From an uncultured Planctomycetota bacterium (GTDB lineage Bacteria; Planctomycetota; Planctomycetia; Isosphaerales; Isosphaeraceae), in NCBI GenBank assembly GCA_963823665.1, contig CAWGMQ010000005.1:1856001-1920000 (forward strand): a stretch of DNA of 64,000 bases. The letters run 5' to 3'. Shown here one piece after another: positions 19,896 to 31,954 of this stretch; within the stretch, counting starts at the first letter, position 1, and the number at the start of each line of letters is the position of its first letter. The translations under genes and the position numbers were made by a program. The notes under the pieces are model-generated. The model saw nothing but the letters and a program-made list of their open reading frames with translations. It did not search any database and was not told the origin of the DNA.

Positions 19896-22689
19896 ATGCG
19901 ACGTTGGCGATTCATTAGATATTTTATGGTCGCGCTGGCGCTTTCAGGAGCGCCGGCTCGGCTCAACGCCCAGGAGCCGGCCAAGAAAGACACGCCGCCG
20001 GGTGCGGCGCCGACTGCCGCGGCCGAGAAGGCGCAACCGCCTGCGAACGCTGCGGCAAAGCAAGCCGCCGCTGCGGCTGCTGGCGCGTGCTGCGCCGGCG
20101 GCAGGTTCTGCCGCGGTGACGGCGGAGGCGGAAGAGTTTGAGTATTTCGCATTTCTCAAAGATCCCGCGTACACGTTGACCGAGCAGATTGCACTGTGGG
20201 TCGTCCTGCTGATTGCGGTGGCGGGTTTGGTTTATGCGATAGCGCTGGTCGGGCAAGTGTATGGGGCTGACGAGGGAACGGAGAAGATGCGCGAAGTCGG
20301 CGCTGCGATCCGGCAGGGAGCAAATGCTTATCTGGGCCGTCAGTTCCGTGCGATCATCGTGCTCGTCTTCGTGCTCACCGGTCTGGTGTACTTCACGGCC
20401 GAGGCGGCTGGGGCGGTGGCGATCGGACGCGCCGGCGCGTTCTTCATCGGGGCCTCTTTCTCTTGGCTGGTCGGCTTTGTCGGCATGAGGCTGGCGGTGC
20501 GCGGGAACCTTCGAGTCGCCGCGGCGGCTCGAACGAGCTACGGCGGGGCGCTGCAGCTCGGGTACCGCACCGGCACGATCACCGGCATGCTTACCGACGG
20601 GCTGGGACTCCTGGGCGGCACGATCATCTTCATGGCGTACGGAGAACATGCCTATGAAGTGCTGCTCGGATTCGGATTCGGCGGCACGTTGCTCGCGCTC
20701 TTCATGCGAGTCGGCGGCGGCATCTACACCAAGGCGGCGGACGTCGGCGCGGACTTGGTCGGCAAGGTCGAAGCGGGAATACCCGAAGATGACCCGCGGA
20801 ACGCGGCGACCATCGCCGATAACGTTGGGGACAACGTAGGCGACTGTGCCGGCATGGCCGCCGACATCTTTGAAAGCTACGAAGTGACGATCGTCGCCGC
20901 GATGATCCTGGGATACGCCAGCTTCGGCCACAAGGGCGTGATCTTCCCGCTGCTCGTTCGGGCCATCGGCGTGCTGGGATCAATCTGGAGCACCTATACC
21001 GTCAAGGCCGGACCGAATAGCACGAGCGACGAAGCGCTGCATTCGGTGCACCACGGGTTTGTGCTGGGATCGATCTTCAGCGTTGTTGGTTTCGTCCTGC
21101 TTGGCTTTGGATACCTGCACTTCAACAAGGAGTATTACTCGGAATATCCCCAGGCACTGGGCGGAGCCGAGCTCAACGGCGTCTTCAAGACGGCGAAGGC
21201 GGAATTCGAGAAAGCCAATCGTCCGGAACGTGGCACCACCGACCACAAAGCGTACGAGGTCAAGTACAAGGCCTATCAAAAGGATCTTGGGAAGTTCATC
21301 ACGGAATACAAAGGCGACATCTTTGAATCCCGCTTGCCCTTCTGGAACAGCTTCGGAATTGAAGGGCTCGACATGAGGCCGGCGTGGACGTGCTTGATCG
21401 GGATTATCCTGGCCATCACGCTGAACAAGGTGACGAGCTATTACACGCACACTCAGTACGCCCCGGTCAAGTCACTGGCGAAGAGCTGCCAGACCGGGCA
21501 CGCGACCAATATCATTCAAGGGTTCGCGGTTGGTTATGAGTCGGCCGTTGTGCAGACCCTCGTCATTGCCATCGCGATTCTACTTGCCGCGGTGATCTAT
21601 GCCGGTGCGACTCCGCTCTTCGTCGCCTATGGCGTGGCGATGTGCGGCATCGGAATGCTGACATTGACCGGCAACACCATCAGCATGGACGTGTTCGGGC
21701 CGGTGGCCGACAATGCCAACGGCATCGGCGAGATGGGCTATGATCGGCAGGAAATGGGCGAGGAGAATTACAAACGTGCACGGCAAATCCTGGCCGACCT
21801 CGATGCCGTCGGGAACACAACCAAGGCAGAGACCAAAGGAATCGCGATCGGCAGCGCCGTGATCGCGGCCGTGAGTCTCTTCGCGAGCTTCATCGCGATT
21901 CTCGCTGTCGGCAGCGAGGCTGATATCGACAAGATGACGACGGCTCAATACACGACTGAGGCGGGTAACCTGTCGATCGCCTATCCGTACGTGTTCGTGG
22001 GCGCGCTCATCGGCGGCGTGGTTCCATTTCTGTTCAGCTCGATGCTCATTCGCGCCGTTGGCCGCGCGGCGTTCTTGATCGTCAAGGAATGCCGCATGCA
22101 GTTCCGTGACAAGGAGATCTGGGCGGGCACCAAGAAGCCGGACTACGGCCGTGTGGTCAACATCTGCACCGCAGCGGCGCAAGGCGAGCTGATCGGCCCT
22201 GCTCTGCTCGCGATCTTGATGCCCATCCTGGTCGGCATCTTCCTGGGAAACCAGGCGCTCGGCGGCTACCTGGCGGGGATGATCATTGTCGGCCAGCTTC
22301 TGGCAGTGTTCATGGCCAACGCAGGTGGTGCCTGGGATAACGCCAAGAAGTTGATCGAAGACGGCATCTACGGCGGTAAGGGTTCCGAGGCGCACAAGGC
22401 GGCTGTCACGGGAGATACGGTCGGCGACCCCTTGAAAGACACGGCGGGGCCGGCGCTCAACCCGCTGATCAAGGTCATGAACATGGTCTCGCTGCTGGCG
22501 ATCGCGCCGATCATCCTCTACAGGGAATCCTACTGGATCTATGTCGTCGGAATTGTCTGCGTCCTGGGCGTCGCGTGGGCGGTCTGGCGCAGCAAGACCG
22601 AAAGCAAGGAGTTCCGTGAAATGGAGGCCGACCTCGCTGGTTCTGCCGACGCCAACAAGGCGCTCGAAACGGCGGGGGTTGGCGACTGA
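19896..22689 (+). CDS. hppA: membrane-bound H+/Na+-translocating pyrophosphatase, K+-independent signature; apparent +1 frameshift near 20085
   Basis: GGGIYTKAADVGADLVGKVE, EDDPRN, DNVGDNVGD, GNTTKA, GGAWDNAKK, GDTVGDPLKD. The signal-peptide-bearing N-terminus is in another frame (19875..20141). Confidence 0.93.
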
Positions 22690-22859
22690 CGGCTTGGGCG
22701 GCTGCAGAGCCCGACTGACTCTGTACGGTCCCGGGTAAGCGAGCGCCTTGGCTCGCCACCGGGGCTGGTGCGCACTCCGGTGTCCCGTCACGACAACTCG
22801 CGGTCGGGCGTCACCGTTGTGTGCTTGATCGATTCACCCGGGAGGCTCTTCGATTGACG

Positions 22860-23207
22860 TCAGAACAGCTTGCTCGTGGGATAGTACCGCCGGATGACGG
22901 TCAAGCGCAGCTTGACCAGTAGCAAGAGATTGGCAAGTTTGAGCCAGATCAACCAGGATTGCAGAGCGTAAGCCTCTCGGAAATCGGTCAGACCGAAAGT
23001 GAAGAACGCGGCGGAATAGATGACCTCGATGATGGAGTGGCGATAGCGGATGTAGCGCGCCAGGACCAAGCCCGATAGGATCACCCAGATCGTGCCTTCG
23101 AGCAGGTTGAAGAAATGGTACGGGATCTCGAACCAGTCTGGGTTGCCGGAGCCGTAGGTCCACCACGTCCTGAATACCAAGTATTCGAGGATCTGCTTCC
23201 GGGTCAC
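22860..23207 (-). CDS. small membrane protein, hypothetical
   Basis: Several hydrophobic segments; overlaps the upstream stop codon (ATGA-type coupling). Confidence 0.6.
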   Translation of the reverse strand: MTRKQILEYLVFRTWWTYGSGNPDWFEIPYHFFNLLEGTIWVILSGLVLARYIRYRHSIIEVIYSAAFFTFGLTDFREAYALQSWLIWLKLANLLLLVKLRLTVIRRYYPTSKLF

Positions 23208-23713
23208 CCCCGCTTATCCTCATTGAGCAAGTGCTGGCTCGACTGAAGGAAGCGGCGCTGGCGGGTCTTGGAGGCGGTGGCGGCGGTGGCGGTCTGGGTT
23301 TGCATTTTCAGGTCGTCGAGGTTGGCTTTGCAGAAGGGGCACTCAACGACTTCGATGTGAAATGTCAGATATGAGGAGAGCTCAGGATCGAGCGCTTCCA
23401 GGAGATAGCTGCCCAGTTGCTGACGGCTGGGGCAGGTCAAGCGGGTGCGATGCCAGATCGCCCCCAGGGTGTGCAACTGACCGTCGGCACGGTTCTGGCG
23501 AACGTCTTCCAGTCGCTCGCGAAGCTCGGCGGAGTCGCGAAGCGCCTTCTCGACGCGTGCTGACACCTCCGGTGCCAGAGCATCCAGGAGATACTCGCGC
23601 AGCATCACATCGTCGATGGGAGCTGCCGGCCCGGTTGGCCTCTGCCCGCGAGCGGGTGCATTGGCGGAATGATCGGCACCTTGCTTTCCTTTGCCCCTCA
23701 AGTTACCCATCAT
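23204..23713 (-). CDS. putative soluble anti-sigma-like protein with zinc-binding motif
   Basis: Directly downstream of the ECF gene; CPSR...HIEVVECPFC (H-x5-C-x2-C, ZAS-like); two 'YLL.AL' anti-sigma-like repeats. Confidence 0.6.
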   Translation of the reverse strand: MMGNLRGKGKQGADHSANAPARGQRPTGPAAPIDDVMLREYLLDALAPEVSARVEKALRDSAELRERLEDVRQNRADGQLHTLGAIWHRTRLTCPSRQQLGSYLLEALDPELSSYLTFHIEVVECPFCKANLDDLKMQTQTATAATASKTRQRRFLQSSQHLLNEDKRG

Positions 23714-24347
23714 AGCCGCTCAACCTCCGCCAAAGTCCTCGAGAGAAAGACCCGCGCCGGGCCATTTCCTTGAGGCGGGCGATTGTCTGGAACTTGTAGC
23801 TGGCCACGGCCTGCTCGGTGATTTCGAGGTACTTGGCCACTTCCTTGTTAGCCCAGCCCTTGACGACCAAAAGCTCCATGCAACGTAAGCGGGCGTAGTC
23901 GCCCCGCGCGAGCCACTCTCGTACGAGCTGTCCCATTGAGTCGGTCAGCAACCGTTCCTCAGCCTTGCGCCGCTCACCGCTGCGTGCGATGGAGGACGCT
24001 GCCCTGCCACCGCCGGGGACCTCGTCCAAGGGCCGGCCGTGGTCATCCGAGCCAAACTGGTCGATCGGCCGCCTGCCTTGTTTGCGCAAGTGATCCGTCA
24101 GCTTGTGCGCTGCGATCGAGAAGAGGTAGGCCTCCATGTCTCGCTTCTCGTCATAGTGAGGCAAGCTGGTCAAGAAACCGATGAAGGTTTCCTGGACAAC
24201 GTCTTCGCTCGCCGCGCGGTCGCGCAGACGGCTGTCTACGAACGCCAGCAGCCGCCCTTCGAATCGTTCAATGAGCTGACGCCACGCCTCGGCGTCTCCT
24301 GCGCGAACTTGCCGGACCAGAATCGTATCGGTCTCTGTAACGGACAT
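23703..24347 (-). CDS. ECF RNA polymerase sigma-70 factor
   Basis: AWRQLIERFEGRL, SEDVVQETF, YLFSIAAHKLTD, sigma4 NKEVA..L.I.EQAV. Confidence 0.88.
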   Translation of the reverse strand: MSVTETDTILVRQVRAGDAEAWRQLIERFEGRLLAFVDSRLRDRAASEDVVQETFIGFLTSLPHYDEKRDMEAYLFSIAAHKLTDHLRKQGRRPIDQFGSDDHGRPLDEVPGGGRAASSIARSGERRKAEERLLTDSMGQLVREWLARGDYARLRCMELLVVKGWANKEVAKYLEITEQAVASYKFQTIARLKEMARRGSFSRGLWRRLSGYDG

Positions 24348-24470
24348 CGCCAAAGCCTGCCCCGGGGACGCGTCCACGCGCGGAAAAGTCCTCCCTCGCT
24401 ATTCACAAATTGTACACGCACCCCGGAACGTTTGCCTATCCTGCTCATCACGTGATGAATTCACCGAGCT

Positions 24471-25415
24471 TCACGTGACCATCTGGTAGATCAGCACGCC
24501 CCCGGCGCCAACACCGGCGGCGGCCAACAACCTGAGCCGATTCGTGTAGTAGCCCTTGGTCGCCTCGTCGGCACGGATATACCCTGAAACGGCGGCCAGG
24601 CAGATCAGAATGAAAGCGAGCGAGCCGCCCATGTTCACCAACCGCCGTCCGACAACCTCATGGTTGTAGACCTTGATGAACCGGGCACGACTTTCCGGTG
24701 ACTTGTCGAGCTTCAAATGCGTGATATACATCGCACCGAATTCATTTGGAACCGTTTTTTCGAGCTCTGCATTCAGAATGATTGAGTCCATCAGCCGATC
24801 CGGAATCTGCCACGAGCTGGGAACTTCGGGATCGAGCCAGGCGGCGATGTGTTGGTGGAGATCTTTACGAGCCTGTTCGGCGGCTCGGTCGGGCGTTGCC
24901 GAAATCTGGCTATCGAGTGTCTCGGTTGTTGTTTCGGCACTGATTCTGACGGCCTTCGGTCCCGGCTTTGACTCGATGCGGCCACGAAATTTGGCCGGCG
25001 GAACAGGAGGAGCCGGCGGCATGGCTTGGGCGTCGGTCACCCGCGTGCCGGGAACGATCGGCACGGGAAGTCCCTCGGCATCCTCGCGCTCGACGACCTT
25101 CGTGTGGAATACGCCGGTCTGTTCCGCATCGTCGTCGTCATCCGACCCAAACGCCCCGCGCACCTCCGCGAAGCGGCGATGAACCTCGTCGTGCGTCTTG
25201 TCGACAGCATGACGAATCTCGTGCTCGGCCTCGCGGAGAGCTCGCTGTACCTCGCGCCCTGCCTTGGCCAGGTGCTTGCGGGTGTCGCGATCCTGAACGT
25301 AGCGCGGACCGTTCCAGTGCCCCGACGGAGCCGGCCGCATGAGCGCCGCACGCTCACGTGCCCATACCCAGTACACCAGGCCCGCCACGATGAGCAGAAG
25401 GATAAGACGTTTCAT
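24471..25415 (-). CDS. hypothetical membrane protein
   Basis: N-terminal TM; two C-terminal TMs around GYIRADEATKGYYT. Confidence 0.7.
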   Translation of the reverse strand: MKRLILLLIVAGLVYWVWARERAALMRPAPSGHWNGPRYVQDRDTRKHLAKAGREVQRALREAEHEIRHAVDKTHDEVHRRFAEVRGAFGSDDDDDAEQTGVFHTKVVEREDAEGLPVPIVPGTRVTDAQAMPPAPPVPPAKFRGRIESKPGPKAVRISAETTTETLDSQISATPDRAAEQARKDLHQHIAAWLDPEVPSSWQIPDRLMDSIILNAELEKTVPNEFGAMYITHLKLDKSPESRARFIKVYNHEVVGRRLVNMGGSLAFILICLAAVSGYIRADEATKGYYTNRLRLLAAAGVGAGGVLIYQMVT

Positions 25416-25526
25416 TGGAGTCCAATCCCGTAACGAACAGCAGACTGAGGGTCCGTAATCAGAATTCTCGATGCCGCTTGTGAGTCAATTCGAGCAGTCG
25501 CCCGCGTTCTTGTTCCAGCCGCCGCT

Positions 25527-27438
25527 CTAGGCCCTGAGGATTTTCGCCTTTCGTCTTTGCTTTTCCGAGGCCCGCACATACTGGGCATAGGCCGCGGCGG
25601 CTTCATTCCAGGGGCTTACGAGCTGGACGACCGCGGCGATCAGCACGGCAATGTAGACGCCGTCCCAGCGTGCGTATGGCCAGAATGGAATCAACATCGT
25701 GGCCAGTAGCGCCGTCCACAAGATCGGGCCCAACCGGAACCGCACCTTGCGGTCGCGGGCAGTCACGGGCAGCCAGCCGGTCGTGAGTGCGAACAATCCA
25801 CCAAAGTAGATGGTCTCGAGGTTGCGAGGCTCCGAGAAGAACGCGTTCTGAACGTTGACCCCGAGCTGGACGTTTCGGGCAAACACCGTGCCGACAACGC
25901 CCAAGAGCAACCCGCATCCCAGGGCGATGAGACGCTTGGTGGTCTTGTCGAAGCGGCGAGGTTCGATGGCTTTATTCGGGATCAGGGCCATCCAGGTACC
26001 AAGAAGTGCCATTCCGAACAGATACGCAAGCTGCTGAGGATCGGAAGAAAGCTCGAAATTCAGGAGCGAAGGAGCCGGCACGCTGAGAAGTGCCAGCAGG
26101 GGCGTTGCCCAGAGCATCGATGATGTCAGCTCAGCCATGCGCACGCGGCCGCTCGGTTCCGGTGGAGGCTCCGGAGGAGGCGCAGGCGCCTGACGTGGCG
26201 GCGCGGCGCGGGGGCGGGGGCTGGCGTGCGAACGTAATTCACGTTGCGAACCACACCGGCGGCACGGGGCCGGCCGGGGCTCGGTGCGGGGCGATTCCGC
26301 ATGGGAACAGCATTGGGGCGCCGCAGTGCATCCAGATTCGCCCGGATTCGTTGGCGGATTCCATTCGCGGCGCGCGGGGGCCGCGTATCCGGTCCAATGT
26401 AGAAGACGGGTTCCTCGGCCTCGATTCGGAGAACATCATCTTGTACCGCTCGGCCGGCCTTGGCGTCGCCGATGATCCGCACGTCGGGGCGCGAGGTGCA
26501 TCTTCGGGCGGGAGCAGGTCGTAGAGCCGGTTGGGGCGATGGTTCGGGTCTTTGGCCAGCGCCTTGGCGACAATCGAACGGTAAGGCTCGGCGAGCATCG
26601 AAACGTCGGGCCGCGCGGTCAGGTGCTTCATCAGCACCTCGTTGACCGTCTCGCCGTCGAACGGCACCTTACCGGTGAGCATTTCGTAGAGAATCACGCC
26701 GATTGAATAGATGTCGATCGGCTTGTTGTATTTGCCCGAGCCGATCTCGGGGGCCATGTAGTGGCACGTGCCGATGCTCTCGGAGTGCTCGGTGCCGTGG
26801 CTGGGCGTGATCAGCTTGGCCAGGCCATAATCGCCGATCTTGACGATTCCTTCCTCCATGAACAGGTTGGCCGGCTTGAGATCGCGGTGGACGATTCCGT
26901 GATCGTGCAGGTAGGCGACGCCGTCAACCAGCCCCTTGAGCCAGTGGCGAATCTCCTGGAGCGGCATACCACCGGGGTATTGCTTCAAGACGCTCGCCAG
27001 GCTGGGGCCGGCCACATATTCCATGACCACGAAGGTATCGCCGGAGTCGCTTGCCTTGAGGTCGAAGATCGTGAGCAAGTTCGGGCACTTCAGGTTCATG
27101 CAGTGAACAACCCCGCGCCGTTCGACGTCGAGATTGCGCAGGATGAGCTTGAGCGCCACTTCCTTGCCAGAATCGGAGGTGGCGTAATAAACCTCGCCGA
27201 AGCCCCCACGGCCGATGGCACGCTTGATGGTGTAGCCGTCGAGCGGCCGGGCACCTGAGCCGAAGCTGTAGCGACCGTGCGCCGTCGATGATGCATTGGG
27301 GTTGGGCATATCTGAGCTTCCCATAAGGTCTTCCGGCCCTGATGCCGAGGAATCCTTTGGCTCGTAGCCGACGGTTTCGGCCATACGGCCCTTGCCGTTC
27401 AATTCCGCGCCACGCAGGTCTTCAGCCGTTGCGCTCAT
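25527..27438 (-). CDS. Ser/Thr protein kinase with C-terminal polytopic membrane domain; two single-base frameshifts (about 26490 and 26205)
   Basis: IGRGGFGEVY, VALK, HRDLKPAN, DYG, GTCHYMAPE. Continues through ORFs 26126..26482 and 25527..26144, the last with multiple TMs. Confidence 0.85.
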
Positions 27439-27585
27439 CGGTTGTGCAACTCCATCAGGAGGCCGGTGTCACCCGACCAAGACCGCTGCACCGATCAATC
27501 AATCGGCACTGTGCAGAAGCGCTGCCCGCGACCGGCCATGCCGGCCCGAGGAAGCGCGTTAAAGGTTCGAGTTCGTTTCCGTTTG

Positions 27586-29192
27586 CTAAACCGGCTGATT
27601 TCCCAGGGGTTCGAGACTGAAAGAAAAGCCGTCACCGAGCACACTTGACTGTAAAGTCAGAGGAGCACGGGAGGCGCAGGTTCGGCCGTCGACGTCAAAG
27701 GCACCGGCCGCCCGGCACCACAGTGCTCCCGCTTGACGGTACAACACGACCGAATTCTCGATCGTCCGCGCCGGAATGTGCGCCTGCGACTCTCTCCCTA
27801 CAATACACGTTTCGGCCATCAGAATCACACCATCAACGGCCAGAGGGAGCCGGTGCCGGCTCACGATCGACAGTCGCGCGGTGGCACTGACCGGGCTCGG
27901 CTGGCGAAACTCGAGCTCGACGGTCGAACCCAACCGGATCACGTCGCCGTCGCGCAGCACAGCCTGGTTGACAACCGGCTTGCCGTTGATGAATGACGGA
28001 TGATGGGCCTCGAGCAGGTAACCTTCGCCGTTGCGCACGAGCGTGGCGTGGTTCCGCGAGAGGTCACCCATGAGCGGAATGTCGGCATGACTGTCCGAGC
28101 CGGCCCGGCCGAGTAGAATGCGATCGTCCAGGCAAACGAGATAGCCTCCGATGGTGTCGACCCAGAGCAAGAATCGGCCTTTGGGGCCGGCAGCATCGGC
28201 TCGCGCCAGCGGTCTGGGCGGAGCAGCCATGCGAGGCGCACCCACTCGCTGTGGCGACACTCCGGCCGCGTTGGCATTTTGATCGACCGCCCGCGCTGGA
28301 GACGGCGAGACGCCCGGCTCGCGATGCGTTCCCGCGCACAGCCAGACGATGCCGTCGGCCGGCTCAGGCGTGGTTGCGGGAGCAGGTTCAGCATCCGATT
28401 CGGCGGCTTGAACGACAGGCGGCGGTACCTGTGCCGCGCGGGCCGCTCGTTGCGGCCATCGCGCTGCTGCCGGGCCGATTGCAGCGATCTGTTGCCACGC
28501 ACGAGCACGAGCCTGGCGCGCGGCGGGATGTTCAGGCACGCTGGTGAGGACGGCCTCCGCGGCTGAGAGGATCTGGGGCCATTTCCCTTCCGAGAGTGCT
28601 GCGTAGAGCGCCTCAACCTTGGGAGCTGCCACCTTCTGGCGGCTCTCGAGCTCGACCTTGGCGGCCCCGACGGCTTGCTGAGCTGCGACTGCACCGGCGC
28701 CCGAAGCCAGGCGATCAGCCCGGTCGAGCTGCTCCTGGGCGCGCCAAATTCCCCGCGGCGCCCGTCTGCAAGCCCGTTTTGCCATGCCTCGGCGATTTCA
28801 CGCGCCCGCCGGAGGGCGGGCCCACCAACTTTGTGCCGCGTCAACTCATCGATTCGTTCCAGCACTCGAACCGGCTCGCCGGCGTCGAGATCGGCGCGAA
28901 CTTCGTCTGCCACGCGGTCAGCCAGGCTTAGGCGGGCCGCGGCCAGTGAGTCGGGTGGTGCGCCCATCCGCTCGGCCAAGTTGAGATCTTCGATTGCTCC
29001 CGAAACGTCGTCGACACCGCCTCGACGCGTCGCCCGGGCAATTAAATCAAGCGCCAGCCGCGTGCGGAACTGGACGGCTTGATGGTGATCGGACACGCCC
29101 GCACGAGTCGCCAGAAGATAAGCCTCTTCGTAGCGTCCCAGCCGCGCGGCCTCCTCGGCTTGTCGCAACACGATTCGCCATTGTCCCAGCAT
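27586..29192 (-). CDS. helical-repeat + C-terminal FHA domain protein; single-base frameshift near 28740
   Basis: FHA motifs LLGRA, LSRNHA, FING, LRDGDVIRLG. The N-terminal half (MLGQWRIVLRQAEEA) is in the frame of ORF 27939..29402. Confidence 0.8.
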
Positions 29193-29501
29193 GGTTGATT
29201 CGCCGCCTGGGTTGACCATGGGGAAAGTGCTCTCGTTTCGATCCGACCCGGCCAAGTAGGCCGAGAGAAACGCTGGTCCAAAGTATTGTACCCAAGACGG
29301 CCTGACTTCGACTTCCGTTCCCCCCTCGCTTCCTCCCGTCCGATCGGGGGGATGCGGACGGCGAGGCCGAGGGGAGGAACGGATCGTCGAAAGCTGGAGC
29401 ACTCAAAAGAGCACTCCCAGTCAGATCAGGCCCGCTTCAAAATCCACTCGCGGCGCAGATATTATCATCCGCCGCAAACTGCCCATGTTACCAATTACGT
29501 C

Positions 29502-30323
29502 TTAGAGGCTCTTGTCCGCCGACTTGGGCGCGGAACGCGAGTCGGACGTGCCAAACTGCTCGTCGACTTCTTTCACGATGTCGCGCTGAGAATCGACGCA
29601 GGCCGAGGGGCCGTCGAAGTCACCATAGCGGCCTTCGATCTCGGCACGGCGGGCCATGACATCAAGTCTCTGCTCCAGGTCGGATACCGCTTTCTTGGCT
29701 TTCGAGAGCGCCGAGTTGTCGAAGTTGAAGTCATTCTTCGACTGGACCAACTCGATCTTCTGCAATTCGGCCTGGATGGCATCCAGCTTGGCGGTGAGTG
29801 TCATCTTCTGGCCACGCAGCGTTTCGAGCTGCTCGCGGGCGGTCTTGATCGTGTTCCCCTTGGCCTCGAGCATGTCGCGCTTCTGCTTGAGAAGGTCAGA
29901 CGTGTACCGGAAATGATCGAGCCGGTTGGCCAGCTCGGTCTTGGCGCGGCTCTCGGTGTCTTTGATATGGCCGGTCAGACGGATATCGCCCGTCTTGATC
30001 GAATCACGCAGAGCGACGATGGTCTTCTGCTCCTTATCCAGGTTGGCCTGGATCGTGGTGACTTCCTTCTCAAGGTGCTGGACCTCGACCTCGGCCCGTG
30101 CCAGCGTTTCCTTGTTCTGCTCGAACATCGGCTTCAGGTCGTCAATCGCCTGTCGAGCTCGATCGATCTCGAACTGCGCGGGAACCGCGTTTTGAACGCT
30201 GCCGCGGACCTTGTGGAAGGCCGTCCTGACATAGCTCGGGGCCGAGGTGCCGAACACCAAGAACAGTGCACCCGTCCCGAGTGCCGCACCCAACAACCCC
30301 TTCTTCACCATTGCGCACATCAT
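29502..30323 (-). CDS. membrane-anchored long coiled-coil protein (PspA-like architecture)
   Basis: AGGAG RBS; N-terminal hydrophobic segment; about 200 aa of heptad-rich helix. Confidence 0.7.
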   Translation of the reverse strand: MMCAMVKKGLLGAALGTGALFLVFGTSAPSYVRTAFHKVRGSVQNAVPAQFEIDRARQAIDDLKPMFEQNKETLARAEVEVQHLEKEVTTIQANLDKEQKTIVALRDSIKTGDIRLTGHIKDTESRAKTELANRLDHFRYTSDLLKQKRDMLEAKGNTIKTAREQLETLRGQKMTLTAKLDAIQAELQKIELVQSKNDFNFDNSALSKAKKAVSDLEQRLDVMARRAEIEGRYGDFDGPSACVDSQRDIVKEVDEQFGTSDSRSAPKSADKSL

Positions 30324-30732
30324 CTTGAAGTTCTCCTCTTGACCCGGAACCCGTGATTCTCGGTGTCTCGTTTTGTGGAAAATGGCGGTCGCTTTGTATT
30401 CCACCGGCTACCGACCGTGCCACACAGGTTCTTCGGGACATCGGTCCAAAATATTACATCGCGACCGATCTCAAAAGCTGGCTTCAAGAAAACACCAGAA
30501 ATGGCCGCGGCGTCAAGACGTCGGAATCGCGGCCTCGAAAAACGAGAGGCTGGGGTAGCACTTGCCACAAGGTTATGTAGAAAAGCAGTTTATGAGATGC
30601 GATCTGATGATCCAGGTGGGAATTCAGCGTCTTCAGCGTTCCAGACAGTCCCGGCCAGTCCCGGCCAGGTCAGGTTCGAGAATTTCCGTGAGCGGCCGGG
30701 GATGGCTGCGAAGAAGGGCCAAGAATGCAAAT

Positions 30733-30773
30733 AAAAAACCCTCGGGAGCAGCTTTCGTACAGCTCCCGAGGGC
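30733..30773 (-). terminator. rho-independent terminator of the sigma factor gene
   Basis: Minus strand GCCCTCGGGAGCTGTACGAAAGCTGCTCCCGAGGG followed by TTTTTT. Confidence 0.85.
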
Positions 30774-30831
30774 TTGGTCGATCATCACAACAGATGAGAC
30801 GGGCACTGCCGTCGTGGTGAGCTTATCCGGA

Positions 30832-31692
<861 letters not shown>

Positions 31693-31954
31693 AGTGGATT
31701 GCTCCGAAGGTGATATCCATCCTTAGACGCGTGGCAGTGTGGATGCGATCGACTTTCGGCTGTGAGCTCCGCACGCGAGTCCTGCTTTGCGGCCGTTCAA
31801 AATCACCGTAGGACACGTTTGTGAAGGTGTCAACTTAGTTTAATTAACGAGTGTGATGGATTTGTTTTGGTTCGTTTGAAAAACGGAAGATGGGATAAAT
31901 GTGCAGGATAGTAAAAGTTCGGCCTGCTGGTATTGGAATTGAGGGGCAAGGGGA

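Noticed and set aside
19963..22791. Long antisense ORFs (e.g. 19963..20931, 21580..22791; likewise 29286..30356, 33136..34029, 47392..48711, 49018..49929)
   Set aside because: Shadows of well-supported genes on the opposite strand, expected in high-GC DNA; no recognisable motifs.
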